NCBI GenBank assembly: GCA_013239625.1
Contig: MU053629.1
Coordinates: 2,941,567 to 3,005,566, forward strand
Source of the DNA: Lama guanicoe
Taxonomy: Eukaryota
DNA length: 64,000 nt
Direction: 5' to 3'
The position numbers and the translations under genes are program-made. The notes beneath the pieces are model-generated. The model saw only the letters and a program-made list of their open reading frames with translations. It did not search any database and had not been told where the DNA came from. Below are positions 11,793-25,751 of the stretch, piece after piece; within the stretch, counting starts at the first letter, position 1; every line of letters starts with the position of its first letter.

Positions 11793-13079
11793 CCCTCTGC
11801 CCCAAGTTCGACTTCAACTGCTGTCCTGTTTCTCTCCTCTTGGGGTCAAACTTGCCATTTTCATTTCCTCATCTCTAATTCATTCCTCAATCTGTCTCCT
11901 GGCCAATCAATCATCTGCTGAAGCTACTCTCAAAAGCCACAAAGAACCTCCTAACTGTCAAGATCAAATGACCCTTGATTTGTAGTGTCCCCTTCTTTCC
12001 TCTTAGTATCTATTCCTTCTGAAAACTCTTTAATCATTTCAGACACTCATTATACAGTCTCCTTCAGGTCAGGTCCTCAAGGTGCTACTATTCCTCTTGG
12101 TCTTCCTTCAAAGGAGGTAAAATCCTCACAGGATTTGAAAACTTTTTTTCTAATCATAAACTCATCTCCAGTGGGGACTTGTGTTCTCTGTAGAAGTTCT
12201 TTTGCCCTGGGTTGGAGAGGTTTTCCTACAGAGCCATTATACTAGCTTCTGGAGGAGGCACCACGGGCTCCTTGCTTCAGCACCAGTTTTTGCACTGTCT
12301 GGGTGTGGAACGGCTAGTGCTGATCAGCACGGTGCAGGGCCTGGGCTTCAATCTCTCCACAGGAGATGTTTATATATCTTTATATCTAGAAAAGTGGGTA
12401 GAAACAACGGGTAGAAATTTTCTTGTCATTCTCTCACTGAGGCAGTAGACCTTCCGCATTCCCAGCTTCCCTCAGAGACTTCAGTTCTTTGTCTTGTGTG
12501 GAACCAAAGTCATGTCTTCTGTTCCTGCGTGAGCTTTAAAACCCCAGCCCCTGGACCTTAGCTCAAGAGTTGGCAAACTACACCCGGCTGCCTGTTTTTG
12601 AGTTAAGAATGGTTTTTATATGTTTAAATGGTTTATATATTGTGCTACAATGGCAGAATTTAGTGGTTATGACAGAGATCATAGCGGCTTGTGAAATCTA
12701 AAATATTTACTATCTGGCCCTTTACTGAAAAAGTCTGTTGACCCTTGGCCTAGCTTCTAGGGCTTATAGTCCATCAGACTCTTCTCTAGGCTTTGATGGC
12801 AAAAGGCATCCTTCAGATCTTAACTGGCATGCACGTATAAGCATTTAAGACAATGTAGCCATGTATCATATATGCATATGAGACACTGTACTTCCTTCTT
12901 CAATCTCTATTCTCTTGGCTTCTATGACATCTCTTTCTTCCACCTTTCTTCTTTTATCGCTCTCTTCCTTCTCATTTTCCTTTACTAGCACCCTTTCTAC
13001 TGTCCCCAGTAGTTAGTCCTTTCTAGGGGTTTGGTCCTTGGCTCTCTTTTTCCCTTAGTGTTTATACCTTCCTGAGGCT

Positions 13080-13275
13080 AGGGCTTCTTAAGGTGTGGTT
13101 ATTCATTACCTGGATTGTAATCACTTGGATAATATTAAAACTGCAAGTTCCTAAGCTTGAGCCCAGACTTACTGAATCAGAATCTCTGTAGGTGGGGCCC
13201 AGGAAACAGAATTTTTAAACAAGTTCTCCTGGTTTACCTTTGCACACAAAAACTCAAATTTGTGAACCACTACCC
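13080..13275. mobile_element. MER5A-like hAT element
   Basis: cccagacttactgaatcagaatctctg...ggggcccaggaa...ttttaaacaagttctcctgg. Confidence 0.65.
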
Positions 13276-15093
13276 TAAGCAATTCCCCTCATTCTCACCC
13301 TTTCAACTGTCGGTGATATGCTCATAACTAAAAATAATATTTTCAGCTCTGCCCTCTCTCCTGAACTCCAGGCTCTTACAGGAATTGTCTACAGGCACCT
13401 CCACCTAAATCTCATAGGCACAAACTCAACATGCACAAAAGATGTTCTTCCCAAATCTACTCTTTTTCCTCCCGTCTGTTTCAATTACTCATACTACCTT
13501 TCACCCTGTAGCCCAGGTCAGAAACCTGGGCTCATTCTCAACCCTTCCCTTTTCTTTATTCTCGTATCTACATACTGTGGACTCCACTGCCTGTATATGC
13601 TTTGCATAGATCCCGTCCTCTCTTCCCCCAGCCACTGCCCCTGTTCTGCCTCTCATGATCACATCTCCAGGACTGTCACAGTAGACTTCTAACTGCCTGC
13701 AGGATGCCCTCCCCTCTTCAGATCCACACTCCACAGAGTTCTTTTTCTAAATGCAAAAATTATTATTTCTCACTTGGATTTCGGACATACTGTACAACTC
13801 CAGGGGGCACCAGTGCCTAGACTACAAAGTCACCTAACTGGTACCTCCACTGTTCTCATTAGAGCCAGAAGGATGCGATGCTATTACTCAGTGGCTTCCC
13901 AGTCTCTGCAGAATAAAGTCCCAGCTTTTCGCATTTCAGGTGAGGCCTGCCCTGTTCTAGCCACTGCCAGCCTCTAACCTCCCACCTGGTCCTCCCATGC
14001 CACCCTCACATTTTGGGCTCCAGCTCCTTTCTTTACTATGGGTGCCCCATTTGTGCAGGGTGCCCTTCCTTCCTTCACTGGCTCAGCAAATTCCTCTTTT
14101 TCTTATAAAATTCAGCTAGGGTGTCTCTCCACTGTGAAGATTTTCTTGGGTCCTCTAGGCAAAGCTGATCACCCCCTGCTTCAGGCCAACTCTCATCCTG
14201 TGTCAGTCTGTGTTTATTAGTCTGCTCTCTACTAGACTGTGTGTTAACTCCTGCTAGCTTTTTAGCCCCCAGACCTGGCACAGGATAGGTTGCTTGGTAG
14301 GTGTTCCTGAAATTAAAATGGGTCCAAGAGTCAAGGATGACACAACAGTTGGAGCCTGAGTACCTAGGAGTACAAAGGCCTCACTCAGGAGGAGTATGAA
14401 AATCAGTAGGAACTGTTTATGGGGCAAGGGGTGAGGGACAATGATTTCTACAGCAAACATGCCGAGTTTGGGACTATGACAGAATATCCAGGTGGAGAGG
14501 TCCAACTGGGAACTGGAAATATGACACCTAACTTTCAGGGAGAGATCAAGCAGGACCAGAGTCAGACATTTGAGGGAGTCTGAAACTATAGCAGCTGATG
14601 AAACAACCAAGAGAGAATAATAACCCAAGAGAAGAAGGCAAAGAACAACACCTTGGGAAGCATGAGGCAAGAGGAAGACAAGACAAGATAACAAGGAGGA
14701 AAAAAAGTTGCCAAGGAAAAAAATAAGTACCAGGAGAAAGCAATTTTGGGAAAACAGTTTCACGAAGGAACGGGATTAAATTACCTAAAAATGACTAGGG
14801 GTACTTGGGTTGAAAACAGTGCACAATGGGAAAAAAAGTTTATGGAGAGCAGCTTTTTACTCTAAGTAGTTAGAGCACCTATACTTCCTTACAGCATCCT
14901 AAATGTTGGTTTCCCTGAGCTGTAAAGTTAACACCAAACTCTCTTGGGGTTTCTCCATGTATATATCCAGCATCAGAAACCACAGCACACCCATAAGGGA
15001 AATCATGCAGCTCTCTGACTGCACAGACAAAGCTATTCAGAACAGCAGAGAGAAAACAAAGTCAAGATAAATAAAATCTGATCTGGGTTATAC

Positions 15094-15227
15094 CTGAAAT
15101 GGGACCCAACTGTGCCATTTTCCCTAGCCATGGGAGAGGTTCTGGGCCAGGCTCAAAGAGAGACATCATGAGGTTTGACTTCTTCTTGCTGTCAGCCTGG
15201 GAGTAGAGCATTCCATGCCATTCGGGA
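15094..15227 (-). CDS. INTS14: INTS14 coding exon 8: (G)PEWHGMLYSQADSKKKSNLMM...LGPIS(D)
   Basis: TAG acceptor, GTATA donor, 134 nt. Confidence 0.94.
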
Positions 15228-16228
15228 CTAGATGGAGAAAAGATGGAAGATCAGAAGAACGTCAAGCCTGGTACTGTCAAGTTAAATTAGTCTAGCCTGT
15301 GTTTTTCTGTCGAGAGACACGGTTTTCAGCTTTGAAATTAGGTGTGTTAATTTTACTAAAGACAAATCCTAAACCTGAAAATGCATACTGCTGCCCTCTA
15401 ATATTACCATTCCTTGGAGACATGTATTATCATTCAATTATGTAGATATGGAAATCAAAGGCAGTCTTAAAACAGAAAAAAAAAAATCACAAGGGCAGCA
15501 AGTGGCTGCAGGGATGGCGAGAAGGAAGGGCCTCGACCTAGGTCTTTTTAGCAAATCATTCACAGCAGCAGCACTCAGAGAAAGCCTCCTAACAAAGAGC
15601 ACAGAGCCATCACCCAGCTCTGTCCCCACTTCCCAAAGGGCTCCAGTGGGTTCTCACATTCAGAGCCGGTACAAGTAGCTTCAGTACCAAGAAATACAAT
15701 GAACTAGTACCTAATGAGAACTGCATTCTTCTTTTTGGATCAGCTAATTTCAAGTCAAGCAGAAATGGAGCCGTGCTTCCTCTGAGAACTCCTGACCTCT
15801 TGATCTTTCCTACCAATCTCAGGTGCTGACCAGAAGAAGATCAGTCACCTCTTCTTCTGTAACAATAGGTATTACAGAAAGGGAAGCAGATAGTTTAAGA
15901 AATTCGAGATTCTAGCAAATGTGAAAGCTAGAAGGGCTCTCCTCATAGGGAAGGAACACAGCAGAGAGGTTACGGGTGTGGGCTATGGAGTCAGGACGCA
16001 TGGGTAAGAATCCCGGCTCTTTCATTTACTAGCTCTGTGACCTTGAGCAAGCACCTCGACTTGCTCTCTAAGCCTCACTTCCTCATTTAAGGAATGGGAT
16101 AATACGATAATTCCAGTATAGTGTTGTTATGAGGGATTAAAGGAGTTAATATATGTGAAGTGCCTACAGGAGTGCTTGGCATGTGGTAAAATGTTCAATG
16201 TCATCAGAATCTTTTTTCATTTAGCTCT

Positions 16229-16771
16229 ACCCCTACCTCCTCGTAAAGTTAACTGAGTCAGTGAATACTGCATAAAATCCCACAGCAAGTCAGTAACGCT
16301 GCTTTAACTGACCCCAGGTTTCCCAGATAAGATGGGGAAAGAGGAAAACTGAGAAAAGATATAATATAAAATCAACATAATTATTCTAGCAAATGATTTA
16401 AAGAGCCATTTACAAGGTGATAGTAGGTGGGAAGGATATGGCAGGGAGGGGAGAAAGGTGACGAGGGACTTTCTATTCTTTCAGGGAAGTCTGCGAAAAC
16501 CCCTACCTCCTCGTAAAGAGTTAACTGAGTCGGTGAATACTGCATAAAATCCCACAGCAAGTCAGTAACGCTGCTTTAACTGACCCCAGGTTTCCCAGAT
16601 AAGATGGGGAAAGAGGAATACTGAGAAAAGATATAATATAAAATCAACATACTTATTCTAGCAAATGATTTAAAGAGCCGTTTACAAGGTGATAGTAGGT
16701 GGGAAGGATATGGCAGGGAGAGGAAAAAGGTGACGAGGGACTTTCTATTCTTTCAGGGAAGTCTGGGAAAA
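16229..16771. repeat. Two-copy ~270-bp tandem duplication in an INTS14 intron
   Basis: 16229-16498 and 16499-~16771 are nearly identical, with a few substitutions and a 2-nt indel. Confidence 0.95.
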
Positions 16772-16830
16772 ACTTCACCTTGTAAATTGAATCTCTCTTT
16801 TACTCAACCAAAGGTAAAACAGTTCCTTAC

Positions 16831-16975
16831 CCTAACTGGACTATTGCCACCATTCCTTCCACTTTCAGGCTGCCGTGGAGCAGGACACAAAAGTTGGGTA
16901 TTTTGCCTGCGATCTGATTGGCTGAATTTTCATCTTCGTTGTCGTCAGTTATACCAGTACCCACCTCATCACCTT
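16831..16975 (-). CDS. INTS14: INTS14 coding exon 7: (E)GDEVGTGITDDNEDENSANQIAGKIPNFCVLLHGSLKVEGMVAIVQL(G)
   Basis: CAG acceptor (within CAGAAG), GTAAGG donor, 145 nt. Confidence 0.94.
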
Positions 16976-17154
16976 CTGTGGAAAGAAGAGAAAATCGGTC
17001 AGGCTGAGATTAGCTACAACAACCCAGACCCCAATTATATTCTGGGCTGTTTCTAGCCAAGAAAGGAAAGTGAACAAAAAGTTATAAAGAAGATTATAAC
17101 AAGTAAGAAAGACTCATATTCTGGTTTTCCTATGTCCATATAAAAATCAGTTTT

Positions 17155-17430
17155 CACATGTTATATAAATTCCATTTATATGAAACATCCAGAATAGGCA
17201 AATCTATAGAGATAGAAAGGACATTAGTGGTTACCTGAGGCTGAGAGACATCAGGGTTTGGGGTTCAAAGCTAAAGGGTTTATTTTAGAGGTAGTGAAAA
17301 TTCTAAAATTCTGATTCTAAAATTGTGGTTATGGCTGCACAACTCTGTAAACACATTAAAAACTACTGAATTGTACACTTTAAATGGGTGAAGTATATGG
17401 TATGTGAATGACATTTCAGTGAAGCTGCTA
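17155..17430 (+). mobile_element. L1MB-like 3' UTR fragment
   Basis: ttccatttatatgaaacatccagaataggcaaatctatagaga...actgaattgtacactttaaatgggtgaa. Confidence 0.75.
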
Positions 17431-19039
17431 CACGAAAAATCAGCTTTCCATGGTTTCTACTAGGACACTAAGCTAGATGCTCTCTGGGGGTTTAAAGTAC
17501 CAGCTAAACAGAAATACAGACTCAGAGATGTCAAGAATTTTCTCAGATGACAGCCTTTAGGATACTGCACAGAACACAGATTACTCTATAAGCTTCTTTT
17601 TAAAAAAATTATTACTATTATTTTTAATCACAAAGCTTGTGTTTATTTTTCCATGTTGCCAATCACCCTGGACCTGGGTATACATATTTGAACACTAATA
17701 TAATTGTGAACACACATCACATCATGTTTTACATTTTCATTTAACACTCACAGTTAGTTCTTGGTTGATCCTAGTCTTTGTAATTATGTTTACAACTGCA
17801 TAAAGATAGAAAGTCACTAAATGATCAACAGACATTGCATTAAAGGAAAAGTGGTCCATTGATACTCAGCGCATTTCATGGCTGTGAAGCGTATAAGCTT
17901 CTGGACTCGCTTCTCCAACTCCAGGTTCTCTCGTACACTCTGCTGAGAGATGAGCAAATCTCTCTATAATTACCTCCCCTCTGGAACTATCTGTGTGCTC
18001 AACTTCATTCAAAGACATTCTTATGCAGTAAGAAGAATTTGCCCAGTTTAGCTTGACATTCAATAGCCCTTACAGCACGGCTCCATTCTGCCTTCCCATA
18101 CTTTTCTTTCCACTGTTCTCCTACACAAACTCTTCATTTTGCCAGTTTTCTTTCTTGGCAACTTATACGGGCATGAAGAATTCCCCCAGGAACTTAGAAA
18201 TAAGGGAAACCTGGTTGTTATCTGTATCAATATCAAGAAATAAGGTAAAGTATAAACACAATGATCACAATGAACCACTTGTGGGAACATATCAAAGACT
18301 CTGTCTGTGACTGTGTGATAGAGGATTATGGGATACCTATCACTCCAACGGAGATAACTGTGCTTAAATTGAATGTGATCGTAACTCAGTGAGTGGAAAC
18401 CTGGTTGACTATATACATTTCTTTGAGAAAGCTGGTAAATATAGAGTGGACAGTCAGCCTAGAACAGAGGAAAGAGAATTCGAAAGTGCTAGAGCCTAAC
18501 ATTCTCCAGAGAGATGCTGAATTTGGGAGCTATGACTCTGTAATTCCTGGAGAAGTATATATTCTGCAGTAGTGAGGTCTCCCAAGGGCCTGGATTCATC
18601 CATTCATTCAAGAATATTTACTGAGTATCTGCTATCTGCCAGGCACAGTTAGAAAACAGATGTGGTTCCTCCTCTTACGAAGCTATACTCCACATTTATT
18701 AGGCAACCTTCTGAGAACTACTGTGGTTTCCCCAGCATGCTCCTACAGGGAAAGGAAGAGCCCAGGATGAGGGACTCAGCATCCTCATCTCTACAGAGAG
18801 ATGCCTAAACAAAGCAGCACACGATAAATAAGTGTCACAATGCTTTTCACAGTTATAAAGCAGCAGAATTAGTTTAACATATTAGGCAATATTCCATTAA
18901 AAAAAAATCCAATCTAGCCCCATAACTATTTCTTTCCCCCATATTCTGCAAAATGAGATATTCTACTATCTAACATTGAAGAATAATTTTAGATAATAAG
19001 ATGCTTCATATGTATCACCAGAACAGGAAGAGCCCTCAC

Positions 19040-19132
19040 CTTTGTTAAGTGCTATAGGTAGGACCAGATGTCTGGACAGAACTGGGGGACTTGAAATATC
19101 AGCAATGTCGATAAATCCCACTATTTCCAAAT
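19040..19132 (-). CDS. INTS14: INTS14 coding exon 6: (D)LEIVGFIDIADISSPPVLSRHLVLPIALNK
   Basis: CAG acceptor, GTGAG donor, 93 nt. Confidence 0.94.
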
Positions 19133-21092
19133 CTGAAAAGAAAGAATTAAAAGAGAATTAATCTGTGCTATTGGAAAGTACATTACTTTCCATGTACTAG
19201 ATTTCATATACATAATGTTTAGGTGGAAAATTCAAATATGAGGTTATTAAAAGTTTCTCTGAATGACTCTAATACTTTACATTTTAAGTAACTTCGAAAA
19301 TAAGGATAACTGTCTTTTATTTAATGGATTTAAGTTATATGACAATTAGACTTTATTTTTATGAGGCTAGGTCCTCAGCCAAGGCAAAACTTAAAGGTCA
19401 AGCCCTTCTGCATAGTCAGGGATGTTCAGGTCACCAGAGGGCGTCACAGTCAAACACTCTCACAACAACTGCAAGCAGCTATCCTTGGAGGGTAAGGCTA
19501 TTGCATTAAACACATTTATTGCATTAAACACATTTCCCTAAGAAATACATTCTTTACAAAACTAAGGTAGCAGTCTATATACAACAATGGTTTCTTTGCT
19601 TTACAGAAGCTGTAATAAAGACCAAAAATATTTGTTGAAAATATAAAATAAGTTAAAAAAAAAAAAAAGTTGTAACCCAAAGTACTTCCTAAAAGTTTTT
19701 TTCTGATTATACAAGCAGTTTAAAAACTTTTAAACACTAAAAGCTATAAAGTAGAAAAATAAAGTCATTCATTATTCATCATCAAAGGAAACCTCTATTA
19801 ATATTTTATGGAACTGCTTTTTAGTCTTTCTTCTAGGCATATACTCATATTCTCAAAACAATTTTTTAAAAAATCATGATCATGGTGAGTACAAGGTACT
19901 TCTAATACATCAGAAAATCTTTTCTGGAGCTCTGCTGTCATAACCTTCCTTAGCTGAGTAACAAAGGAATCAGCATAAGCAGTTATATATTTTTCATTTG
20001 AGTAGGAAAAAAGCCTACATTTTAAAGAGGTTTAAATGTAAGGTATAACAAGGATCTTGGACTAAAAGTTTATATGGGAAAGAAAGGATCAAAGTTACTC
20101 ATCAAAAAAGGATGGGAGGGAAGTGGGATCTGATTGGTTTGAAGGCAACATTACATTTGGTACCACTTAATACACTGCTGTCAAGTCGCAGTGAAAAGGA
20201 TGGATGCCCTACTTCCAGAGAGCTAGGAGCTAAAGGCAGAGGAAATAAACAGCCTGCACACAGCCCTTCACTCAGAAAGTCCTTAAAATCTATACACCTA
20301 GGATGAAACAAATTTTAATTTTAAAAATTTAATTTTAATCATTTAACTTTAATTTTAATCATCTGTTGATTGAACAATTATCTAGTGAACACCTACTAAG
20401 CACCAGGCACTATGCTAGGCACACCAGTGCTAGGCACTGGTGACTGAAACTGATGGTTCAGCGTGTACCCACCACTCAAGGAGTCCACCCACCAACATGA
20501 GACAACTCTCCTCTCTACTACCCTTTGTTACTTTTAACTTCTGGCTTTGCCAGCTTACCTAAGCATAGCACCGGCAACATGAGCCAGGTAAAAGCCATAG
20601 TGCATTACTTTCTTTCAGTCTTAATACAAGAAGCAGGATTAGAAAGGACAGTGTATCAGAGCTGAGACCTGAGAGACTACCATTCACCTAGAGACTCCAC
20701 GCTGCTAGCCAATAAGAACCAGAGTGTCTTGTCCAGGGTCACAAAGGAAGACCCACACAGCCAAGTCCAGAAGCTAGCTAGCCCTTCATACATGATCTTA
20801 ATTATGATGCTATTCAGTCTTACTAACTCTATTAAGAACAACCTCAAGGACTGCAATGCCAGTACACCTGGCCTCGATTTCCAACTCTCATAATTTGTGG
20901 TTACAATGATCTAAGATTGGAATTTAACTCATGACCTCACTATGAAAGACCACTAATCTGCCACCCCTTTGGCAATGCACCCTCCCATGCAAAGTGTACT
21001 GACATTTCTTTTCAACCCTCCCGGACAGAGAAAAGTAAAAGTCAGGAGTTAGAAGAACTAAGAAGGAAGTTTAAAAAAAAAAAAAAAGTTAC

Positions 21093-21235
21093 CTGTATTA
21101 ATGACTTTAGGGATAGGATCAATTTCTTCATCTACAACAAAAGGTTCTGGCCTGGGGAAAACTTGCACATCAGCAGTTAGGTGGCCACACTTGAGGACAG
21201 CGTGGAAAGGTGTGTATGCCAGATCTATCAGTTTT
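21093..21235 (-). CDS. INTS14: INTS14 coding exon 5: (G)KLIDLAYTPFHAVLKCGH...IPKVINT
   Basis: TAG acceptor, GTAAC donor, 143 nt. Confidence 0.94.
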
Positions 21236-21676
21236 CTAGAATATGATGATTATTTGTTAAAGAAAGAAAAAAAATACAACTTCTTCAAGTATTTTTTTCA
21301 AAATGCTAAGCTTCTTTTCCTTTCAGGCTGACTCCAAAACTATGATCTGACCATTTGTGAGACAGAACAAAATCTAACATTTTTGGTAAGGGGTTTCAAT
21401 TCTGAAAAACCCAAAAGCAAGTTAATTTTTGAAATTACTGAGTTGTTATAAGGAAATCAATGCCTATAGGCACTAGAGTTAGTCATGCCTAACTTAAAAG
21501 GGAATGAATTTTTAAAAATTACTACCACCAATCATTTTCTCTGAAAAATGTGCAACTTGGAGAACACGAAATGACACAATTAGAAGTAGTAAAATAGGTA
21601 TTACTGCTTGATACCAAATTATAATGCTGGATTGTAAGAAGGCAAATAAAAAAAAAAGCTCAAAGTATATACTCAC

Positions 21677-21795
21677 CCAAACATAGACTGTACATTCTTC
21701 AAGCACAGGGGACCATCGATAGTAAAAATCTGCCCTTCACCATTGTTTAAATCTATGAGACGTTCAAGGCAATCCAAGGAATCAGTGCTCTGAAG
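21677..21795 (-). CDS. INTS14: INTS14 coding exon 4: LQSTDSLDCLERLIDLNNGEGQIF...VQSMF(G)
   Basis: TAG acceptor, GTGAGT donor, 119 nt. Confidence 0.94.
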
Positions 21796-22454
21796 CTACA
21801 AAGCAAACAGATGATCCTTTCAAAGTGGTATAAAAATGCTAGATTATCATCAGCTCATCAAGGTCACTCCCATCACAATAACACAGGCAATAAATAACGA
21901 AAATGATTTTTTTTAACAACCTGAGAAGGAAAATAACTGTAGCAAATTTGACTCAAGGTTAGCAAAGAGGAATGTTATATAAAATGATACCAGCAGAGCT
22001 ATTCGTTCGAAGTAGTTTTGCAAAGATTCAGAGGTGACCACAGTTGGTATTCACACAGTTTATCTTCCTTTCCAAGTGTTTCTAACATCTTTTGGTAAGA
22101 ACCAACATTATCTATATTTTACAGACAGAAATACTGAGGTGAAGAAAGGTTAACTTTCCCAAATAAGTGGGAAAACCAAGAAGAGTTTAATAAAACACAC
22201 ATCAGAGTAATGCTACTTGACAAAAAAAAAAAAAAGAAGAAGAAGAAGAAAAAGAAAAATCAAAGCACACTTCTGTCAACATTTCTGGTGCAAAGGACAT
22301 TAGAATTGCTAAGTGAAGTATCTAACACTAAAAGAACATTGTGACTCCAGCATCTGAAGAAACTGTGTGGGAAGTGGGATGGATTACAACTCGAGCTATG
22401 CATCCTGAGATGGAGCAACACTCTGTACTTTAGGAGAGCATTTGAGACCTAGAG

Positions 22455-22839
22455 TTTTTTCAAATTGAAGGTTTGTGGCAACCCTGCATATAGCAAGTCT
22501 ACTGGCATCATTTTTCAAACAGCATTTACCCAATTTGTCTCTGTGTCATATTTTAGAAATTCTTGCAATATTTCAAACCCTCCACCAGCAAAAAGATTAC
22601 AGTTTGTTCAAGGCTCAGATGATGGCTAGCATTTTTTAGCAATAAAATATTTTTTAATTAAGGTAAGTACATTGTTGTTTTAGACAATGCTATTGCACAC
22701 TTAATAGACTACATGAGAGTGTAAATGTAACTTTTATATGCATTGGGGAAGCAAGAAATTCATGTGACTCCTTTACTGCTATACTTAATTTATTGCGGTG
22801 CTCTGGAAGGGAACCTGCAATAGCTCTAAGGCATGCCTG
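22455..22839 (+). mobile_element. Tigger1-like fragment
   Basis: Same family as 2929-3229. Ends in TIR ...ggcatgcctg followed by TA. Confidence 0.8.
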
Positions 22840-22930
22840 TATATGTAACACTAATGGAATACACTAAAACATAAACTGACTCCTAAAATGTATCTAATCA
22901 AACTACAAAGAACTTAGTAAAAAGCATTAC

Positions 22931-23086
22931 CTCCTCCAGATTTGCCATGCACATGATATACAACTTGGACGGGAAAGGAAAAGGCAGTGGGAACCTGTTG
23001 CTCTCACTGCGCTGGCTGTGAGTAGCTAGGGAGTGCCGCAGTGACCCTCTGCCAATGCCAAGACAGCCGTCCGTCACCAGAACCAC
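22931..23086 (-). CDS. INTS14: INTS14 coding exon 3: VVLVTDGCLGIGRGSLRH...CMANLEE
   Basis: CAG acceptor, GTAAT donor, 156 nt. Contains the vWA VLVTDG motif. Confidence 0.95.
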
Positions 23087-25643
23087 CTGTGTGCAAAAAG
23101 TGAGAGGAGCTTCATTCACGAGATAACATACTGATTGAAAGCAGTCTCGTTCGGCAATGTTTTCATTTCTCCCTGACTGCATTTACACTGAAAACTACCT
23201 CTGCAGGGACACGTGTGGACAAATCTCAACATTTTTGTCAAGTGAAAGATGACAGACACATTGTGTGATTCTATATATATAGGAAGTTCCAGAATAGGTA
23301 AAACAAAACTAAGTCAAATAAGGGTTGGGGGGCGTGGTGGGATACTGAGTAGAAAGGGGCACAAGGAAACTGAAGGGTAATGAAAACATTCTGTATCTTA
23401 CTTGGAGGAGTGGCCACACAGGTGTATACATTTTTCAAGACTCAGTTAATTGTGCACTTCAGATCTATTCACTTTACTGTGTTTTATCTAATTAAATCTA
23501 AACAGAAAAGCACCTATCTATGAACATTTAAAAAAAGGACAAAACCATTCATTACCTATTCTTAGTCAGTTGTCTTAAAACTAGAACCCTATCTCTTCGA
23601 CAGGGAGCTGGCATCTAAGACACTGGTGTCAAAAATGGCATAAGGATCTATTTTATGTGTGTCCCTAGGAAGTACCTGCGCAGGAGTCTGAAGTCTGAAC
23701 TTTGACACTTTATTTTCAAAGATGACAAACTTTACCCTGGTCAACTAAAATAACAACTGCTTTACACATGTATTTATAAAAGCCATTTACCTAGACATGG
23801 ACAAGACCTTAAAAATACATTCTTAATCAACCTATAATTTTTAAAGGCTTTCACAGTATGCCAACAACAGATGTTAGTAAGAAGTCATTTCCCTTTTCCT
23901 CATTGCTTCAGAGCAATCCTGTGTAGGGGGGACATTCCAAGCAACTCAGGGGAGGATTATTTTTGCTCTCCCTAGCCTAGCCTAGTAACTTGAAAATAGC
24001 AGGCCAGTAAGGCAGTATTACGTGGTTGCACTGTGTGATGTGCCAAGATCGGCACTCAATTCTAAAGCCCAAAAATGCTTCACAGAGGTCCTCTGGAGAG
24101 ATGTCATTTTGGGGGAGGACAGTCAAGGCAATTTCCTCTTCTAGGTACCAACAACTGCTATATGACGATTTACTTTTGCCATTAGCTTTTTCAGATTTTG
24201 TGTGACAATGAAATATTTCACATAATGTCAAAATGAGACAGACTGTACTCAGATAATGAAGACATAGTCCAGGTCTCTAAAAACTTAGTTAAAAATATTC
24301 CACATTAAAACAAATCCATCTGATGGTAATTGATTATAAAAACAATCATCAATAACTTCCACTGTGTTTTGGATCTGGTTCACCCCAGAACTCATCAAGC
24401 AAGTCTAAGTGGATTCAGGCCCAGCCCCTTGCCCTCAGGGTATAGTACATCTCAAATTCAGATTCCCCCTTTTTGCAAAGGAAGAAAAAAACATTAAAAG
24501 GCAGAAGTCTGCATGGTGCACAAGGTCTGGCTCTTACATATTTTCTGAGTTTTTTCTCTAAAACCACTGAAGTAGCAAGTGAAACTATGACCTGCTAGCT
24601 TCCAGCTGAGAAGATACTGACAACAAAATTTCATTCATTCAGTATATTGTCAGGAAACTGACAGTCTGTGTGCATGGATTTACCAAATAATGTTTATGAA
24701 GTAGGTGTCAAAGATTTCAATTTCTGAAAAGAAACTGATCAAAAGGTATTTACAGGCTTTTTCAGCAAGGGTCCACTAAAGTGATTTGATTTAACCTTTT
24801 TAGTAGTAGCTCAAGGTCTTCACTAACCCATGAGTTCACACTCTATAGAACAGGGTGGTTTTACAGTAAGAAAAAACAACTTGAAAAAAAAGCTAGGTTT
24901 ATTGAGGTATAAATTTACACGCATTAAAACTCACCCTTTTGAGTATATAGTTCTATGAGTGCCAATAAGTGCATTCAGTGATGTCAGCTGAGGAGGTGCC
25001 ACAGACACCTGCAAAGCCTAAACTACAGAAAAAGCTTGCTGACTCCTGTTGTAGATTATCATGATTTTCCTTTTTAGCAATTTTTGTTTTCTCCTTTAAA
25101 ATATGTTACGACGTCTCAAAGTACCTGTTTACAGCAAACTTCCAACTGCTACTACTCTGCTTTGATTTGATGCTAATAGGGACCTATTGTGGACTCTAAG
25201 GGCAACAGATTTTATGACATTTATGTGCCTCAGTTTTCAGACAACTCAGATAGTTGAGGTTAAAAGTTCACTGAATAAATGCTACGCTGAAATAATGATG
25301 ATAACTATATTGTACTGATGTTCACAATTCTATCACTCAAAATTATAATCATCTCTTCCAGGGAGTATTCTAAAATTCCACAGTGAGCCCTTTGGGTTTT
25401 ATACAAACAATACTAGTTTGCAATAAGTCAATTTACTAGGAGGATGCCTTCCTTAAGGCAAAATTGTGTTGCTTTCTGAGTATATTAGTGTTGATTTAGT
25501 GCCTTCTTTCAAAAAGATACCAATAGTGTATAACACAGTTTGTGGAAATTAAAATGCACGCTGTGTCAGAGCCCGCAGAAAACTGAAGTACCTCAGTGAT
25601 TAATGTTTTTAACTTAGGGCAAAGAAAAAGAATTGATCATTAC

Positions 25644-25751
25644 CTGACAAGGAATTGCACCACCCCATTCTTGCTGAACGATATTGCAAACACCAACTAA
25701 TGCAGACTCCAAGCAGGTTTTATCATAATCATCCATGTTACTTAGTGCTTC
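25644..25751 (-). CDS. INTS14: INTS14 coding exon 2: EALSNMDDYDKTCLESALVGVCNIVQQEWGGAIPCQ
   Basis: CAG acceptor, GTAAT donor, 108 nt. Confidence 0.94.

Noticed and set aside
14254..14763. 169-aa hydrophobic minus-strand ORF
   Set aside because: Reverse complement of purine-rich, L2-like intronic sequence gives Leu/Phe/Ser bias. No recognisable domain or splice context.
18030..18240. Possible extra INTS14 exon
   Set aside because: Resembles an L2 remnant, and the INTS14 CDS is already complete and in phase without it.
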